Source: Bacteroidota bacterium (GTDB lineage Bacteria; Bacteroidota; Bacteroidia; AKYH767-A; 2013-40CM-41-45). From it: a DNA stretch of 64,000 nucleotides. The stretch lies in NCBI GenBank assembly GCA_043783155.1, contig JAYVZS010000065.1:5480-69479 (forward strand). Direction: 5' to 3'. Below, one piece after another: positions 59,954-64,000 of the stretch; within the stretch, counting starts at the first letter, position 1; each line of letters opens with the position of its first letter. The position numbers and the translations under genes were made by a program. Under the pieces are notes generated by a model that was not told the origin of the DNA, ran no database searches, and saw only the letters and a program-made list of their open reading frames with translations.

Positions 59954-61789
59954 TTATTTAACAATAAGCATAAATTTTTCATGCGCCCCGATAGATTCAC
60001 TCTTCGCGAACAACTGGCTTGATTTCTCATCAACACTCAGGTACTTATCATTCGTTGCTTTGAAGGCAACGAGTCCGTTGCCCAATTCCGTCATCCTGAA
60101 TGTTTCCCAGCTTCCTACTGAATTTCTTGAAGCCGTAATCCTGTTTTCATGATTTAACTCACAACAAAAAAAATAATTATCAGACGAACAAATCGCGCAT
60201 TCTCCATTACCAAAAAGAATCAATATAAAAGTTTCCCAATCGTAAGCATCGTTACGGTTGGCAACAACCATGTCCTTTAACAATTGATCGGCACATACAT
60301 ATTTATTGTTCCATGCTTTTAAGTGAATAAGCTTTCTGCTTTCCTCATTTTTATTCGTGTAGGTATTCTGTACTTTACCTGCGGCGACAGACGGAGGAGT
60401 AAAATCCGCCCGCTTACCACCTTTCGCGCTTTCAGAATCCGGAGGTTTCAGATATTTGTCAAAATCCTCAATGGTAGACATCTTACCAAATTGTTTGAAG
60501 TAAAGTTCCTTCGTCATCGAATCCCAATGAAGTGAATGGTATTCGAATTGAAACGTCTGAAAGATATTCAGCCATATAAAAAATGAGACGATGACGATAA
60601 ATGCTCCTTTAACAATCCATTTCCTGCCGGAAACAAATTGTATGAATGACGCAAACGGAATGGCAAGCATCGCGTAACTGTCAATCATCGGGCGTTGTCC
60701 GAAAGTACCGCCATACCACCAGCACCACCATGAAAATATAATGTAGATGTTGGCGATAAAAAATAATACGATGGCCCATCGTAATTTTTTCGCTGCATCC
60801 TTCAACAAAAATATTCCGATCAATGAGAATCCCATCATCGGGGTATACAACAACCAGCCTTTTCGAAAACTAAACATTCCCTGTAATATTTTCGGGTCAT
60901 TGAAAAAAAATCGTTCGTCGGTATACGAATAACACAGGTAATGGCCGGTTACTTTTTTCCAATAAAGAAACTGCGGAATCCAGATCAGGAAAGTAAGAAG
61001 GAAAATAAAGATGAACAGGTACCATTTTTTCAGGAAGAAGAGTATTCGCTCTTTGAATTCAGCCAATTTGGATATTCCGTACAAAGCAAAGAACAGCAGG
61101 ATCACAATGTTGCTGGGTCGTATCAGCGTAATCAAACCCAGCAACAATCCGAGTATCAGAGTATGTTTAATGGATGCTGACTCGTACCATTTAATTGTAT
61201 AAAAAATAAAAACTGCGAACAAGCAGAAATTATATACATGCGGATTGGGCGCCGACTGCGATGCATAACACAACAGGTTTGTCCCTAACCCGATCAGCAA
61301 AATTGTAATCGCAATGTGTTTATCTGAAAAACTGAAATGTCGTAAAATTTTTCTGAGGAATTCCAATCCGACAAATAAATAAAATATGGCACTCAGCAAA
61401 AGAAAAAATTTGTACGGTTCCGAAAAACCATCTTCCGGATAATCGGTGAGCATGGCAAAGCCATGAGCGACAAAGAAAAAAGGAGCATATAAAATTGAAA
61501 GTCCCATGGTTGATTTAATAATCCTCTTCCCTTCTGATGTTTCAACAGTCCAGAATAAATAATAATTATCTCCCTGCTTGTAATCGCTTTTTGATAATGT
61601 GATGTCGTGGTAGATAAATGTAGCAGGAAGATATCCGTAATACCAATGAACATCATGTTCAATGACACGATCGCGCTTTTTCCAGTTCTTTAAATTAAAA
61701 TCAATGGCAACGCTGGCGAATACAACAATGGCAATCGCCAGAGTTGACAATTGCACATTCCACCTTCCACTTGCTTTAAAATAATTCAT
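59954..61789 (-). CDS. GT-C-like membrane protein with a C-terminal fascin-like beta-trefoil
   Basis: HDVHWYYGYLP, GLSILYAPFF, GLGTNL, LIRPSN, KGWLLYTP, FGQRPMID; trefoil repeats at about 59957-60337. Confidence 0.82.
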   Translation of the reverse strand: MNYFKASGRWNVQLSTLAIAIVVFASVAIDFNLKNWKKRDRVIEHDVHWYYGYLPATFIYHDITLSKSDYKQGDNYYLFWTVETSEGKRIIKSTMGLSILYAPFFFVAHGFAMLTDYPEDGFSEPYKFFLLLSAIFYLFVGLEFLRKILRHFSFSDKHIAITILLIGLGTNLLCYASQSAPNPHVYNFCLFAVFIFYTIKWYESASIKHTLILGLLLGLITLIRPSNIVILLFFALYGISKLAEFKERILFFLKKWYLFIFIFLLTFLIWIPQFLYWKKVTGHYLCYSYTDERFFFNDPKILQGMFSFRKGWLLYTPMMGFSLIGIFLLKDAAKKLRWAIVLFFIANIYIIFSWWCWWYGGTFGQRPMIDSYAMLAIPFASFIQFVSGRKWIVKGAFIVIVSFFIWLNIFQTFQFEYHSLHWDSMTKELYFKQFGKMSTIEDFDKYLKPPDSESAKGGKRADFTPPSVAAGKVQNTYTNKNEESRKLIHLKAWNNKYVCADQLLKDMVVANRNDAYDWETFILILFGNGECAICSSDNYFFCCELNHENRITASRNSVGSWETFRMTELGNGLVAFKATNDKYLSVDEKSSQLFAKSESIGAHEKFMLIVK

Positions 61790-61833
61790 TTCATATTTAA
61801 TAAAATCTCACCGGAGAAATTCCGATGAATAAT

Positions 61834-62691
61834 TCAATTTACTCTATACCAAAATGAGCCGCCATGCCTCTCAACATTCCCCAGGTTCTCATGATTCCAA
61901 ACTGATTCCAGTATTTTACTTAACTCAGTATCTTCACTCACGAAGAACCCGGGCATCAGAATCTCATACCGTTCCGGATTCGACAACAGCATGGCCGCCA
62001 GTAAATATTGTTCGGAATAAAACCGGTCGCACATAAACTGCGGATAATCATACGGAAGATAGATATCATGAATGTGAACAATCACTCCCTTCTTTAGCTT
62101 AGGAAGAATTTCGAGGAAACAAACTGTCACATCAGAATTCGGAAAGCAGCGATGCGAATTATCAATGAACAGAATATCATTTTCCTGAAGCGACTGAATG
62201 AATGTATAGTCAGTCATGTCCTCCGCCGGCTGACGAATTACCTTGTCAGCAAGATGATCGATCGACGCTCTTGGAAAAGGATCCACAGAGGTAATCTGCG
62301 TTTGCAATCCTTCGTCGTTGATCGCCTTTCGTGCCACCTTCGTAGAATTACCTGAACCGATTTCGATGTACTGTTTCGGTTTGTACATGCGAATCAAACT
62401 GTACAAAGAAATGATATCAAGACCGGGCAAATATTCATTGTTCCATCTTGGTTCGGCTTCAACCGTTTCTTTGTTATTCGTTTTAATGGCATGAAAAATA
62501 TTTTTGTAATTCAAAAACTGAGAAAGAGATGAAGCATATTCGTTTCGCCTTTTATTTACAATTTGATACAATTCTTTATGCGGCGGCTTTCCGAATCCAT
62601 ATCGTGGTTTAAAGTCGACCTTGTATTCAAGAAACAACGTTTGAAATTTAGGAGAAAGAAAATGATGAACCGATCGGAGAAGATTTTTCAT
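61834..62691 (-). CDS. Class I SAM-dependent methyltransferase (Methyltransf_24-like)
   Basis: YIEIGSGNST, SVDPFP, LFIDNSH, VHIHDI..PYDYP, SEQYLL. Confidence 0.9.
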   Translation of the reverse strand: MKNLLRSVHHFLSPKFQTLFLEYKVDFKPRYGFGKPPHKELYQIVNKRRNEYASSLSQFLNYKNIFHAIKTNNKETVEAEPRWNNEYLPGLDIISLYSLIRMYKPKQYIEIGSGNSTKVARKAINDEGLQTQITSVDPFPRASIDHLADKVIRQPAEDMTDYTFIQSLQENDILFIDNSHRCFPNSDVTVCFLEILPKLKKGVIVHIHDIYLPYDYPQFMCDRFYSEQYLLAAMLLSNPERYEILMPGFFVSEDTELSKILESVWNHENLGNVERHGGSFWYRVN

Positions 62692-62751
62692 TTGACCAAT
62701 TTATAGCTTTAATATCATTCGACAAAAAATGTTAAAACAAATATTCTATCT

Positions 62752-64000
62752 TCAGATTCTCCGGAAAACAACCACTCTGAATCGTTCTTTATTGCCCGGT
62801 GTTACGACGATCGCAGATAAAAATGAATTGAGCATTTTGAAATTTTTATTGCCTTCCAATTTTTGCAACGGTATCCTTCCTTCATTCGGGCCGAAGTGCG
62901 AATCCCAAATCACCAATTCGCCCGGCGCTACGCTTATTTCAGGAGTTTCCGGATTTAAAGCATAAAATTCCACGGCAGAATTTTTATCAAATGGATCTTT
63001 GTTTAATTCATACACAACAAAGGGATGAGCGTAAAATATTTTCGCAGAAGAAAGATTCTCCCGCTGTATCCAGGTATCTGCCTGGTGTAAGGTAGACTCT
63101 TCATAATCGAGATGTTCAGGAAACGTATGTTGTCTGAAAGGAATCGCAATTATCAAAATCAGAAATACAGCTTTGATAATAACTGAATTCTTAACACTCA
63201 AAACGGCATTCGCCCCACGTAAAGCAAGTAACGCAAGCAAGGGCGTTACCGCCGCCATTACGCGAATCAATCCGTCGGAGCCAAACCATCCTTTCCACCA
63301 GAAAATAGAATGTGCAACAAAATAAATGACGAAGCTTCCGTATAATAAGAGCGATTCTTCGATTCTGATTTCATTGAAAAAAATTCCCTCCTCTTTCTTT
63401 TTTACGAACAAACTAATTAGTCCTGTTAGTATAAGGACAACGAGTGCTGTTCCGAAAATAAATTCATTTTGGCTGAGGAAGAAAAATAAACTGCCATTGC
63501 CATAGATATTTTTTCCCGATGTATAAGGATCCTGGTGAGCCAGCCAGAAAAAATCATGAAAATAAATCAAGCCAATCAGACTATACACGATTGTTCCCGT
63601 TACCAGCCAGGGAACTGCCGAAATTTTTTTTCTGTATAGCAGAACAAAAGCAAAAAGCGGAAGCAATAAATATCCTTCACTTCTGATGAATGGAAGGAAT
63701 GACAACGTGATCGATGACAGAAAATATTTTTTTTCCACGAAAAGAAAAATGGAAAATACCAGGATAAAACCAAAAAATATTTCCGTAAGTCCTGAGAAAA
63801 TAACAACAAAATAAACGGGTGCAAACAAACTCATAAAAATCACCAGCCAGGAATTTTTAAAACTGAATTTCTTCGCAAGCAGATACATCAGATACGCAGT
63901 ACTCAATGCACAGATGGTGTTAAAAATATTCATTCCTAAAAACCCGAATTGAGCGAACGGGGAACTGACAAGAATAAAAAAGGGTTTACCCCAATGATGC
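62752..64000 (-). CDS. GT-C-like (ArnT-related) membrane protein (partial; 5' end beyond the window)
   Basis: Frame stays open upstream of the track start to the window edge (HHWGKPFFILVSSPFAQFG...), followed by SGLTE, RSEG and multiple TM segments. Confidence 0.78.
   Translation of the reverse strand, partial: HHWGKPFFILVSSPFAQFGFLGMNIFNTICALSTAYLMYLLAKKFSFKNSWLVIFMSLFAPVYFVVIFSGLTEIFFGFILVFSIFLFVEKKYFLSSITLSFLPFIRSEGYLLLPLFAFVLLYRKKISAVPWLVTGTIVYSLIGLIYFHDFFWLAHQDPYTSGKNIYGNGSLFFFLSQNEFIFGTALVVLILTGLISLFVKKKEEGIFFNEIRIEESLLLYGSFVIYFVAHSIFWWKGWFGSDGLIRVMAAVTPLLALLALRGANAVLSVKNSVIIKAVFLILIIAIPFRQHTFPEHLDYEESTLHQADTWIQRENLSSAKIFYAHPFVVYELNKDPFDKNSAVEFYALNPETPEISVAPGELVIWDSHFGPNEGRIPLQKLEGNKNFKMLNSFLSAIVVTPGNKERFRVVVFRRI

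Overview
Chromosomal window from a Bacteroidota bacterium (T9SS C-terminal sorting domains, gldH, TAnnTTTG-type -7 promoter motifs, no obvious Shine-Dalgarno use). All product calls come from my own reading of protein motifs; no searches were run. Left to right: a 5' portion (>=1,688 codons) of a giant secreted PKD/Ig-repeat protein that the ORF track missed; a LytTR/LytS-type two-component pair; a short AT-rich patch with attC-like sites; several T9SS cargo and outer-membrane genes; housekeeping genes (M1 peptidase, dnaG, polyprenyl synthase, cystathionine gamma-synthase/lyase, holB, ricT/PSP1, gldH, an M16 pair, PBP1A, scoA/scoB); and a ~17 kb envelope glycan-modification locus (47.4-64 kb). 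The most striking system is in that locus: four different extracytoplasmic enzymes (three GT-C-like membrane proteins and an AlgJ/AlgX-like SGNH protein) each end in the same ~125-aa fascin-like beta-trefoil module. They sit with a GT2, an AlgI-like MBOAT, a methyltransferase and a clan GH-A hydrolase. The window also holds several families of small non-autonomous repeats: GTAGTG...CACTAC-bounded elements with different interiors, two near-identical 160-bp MITE-like copies bracketing dnaG, and a related palindrome inserted in frame inside dnaG. No rRNA, tRNA, CRISPR array, integrase or transposase was recognised.
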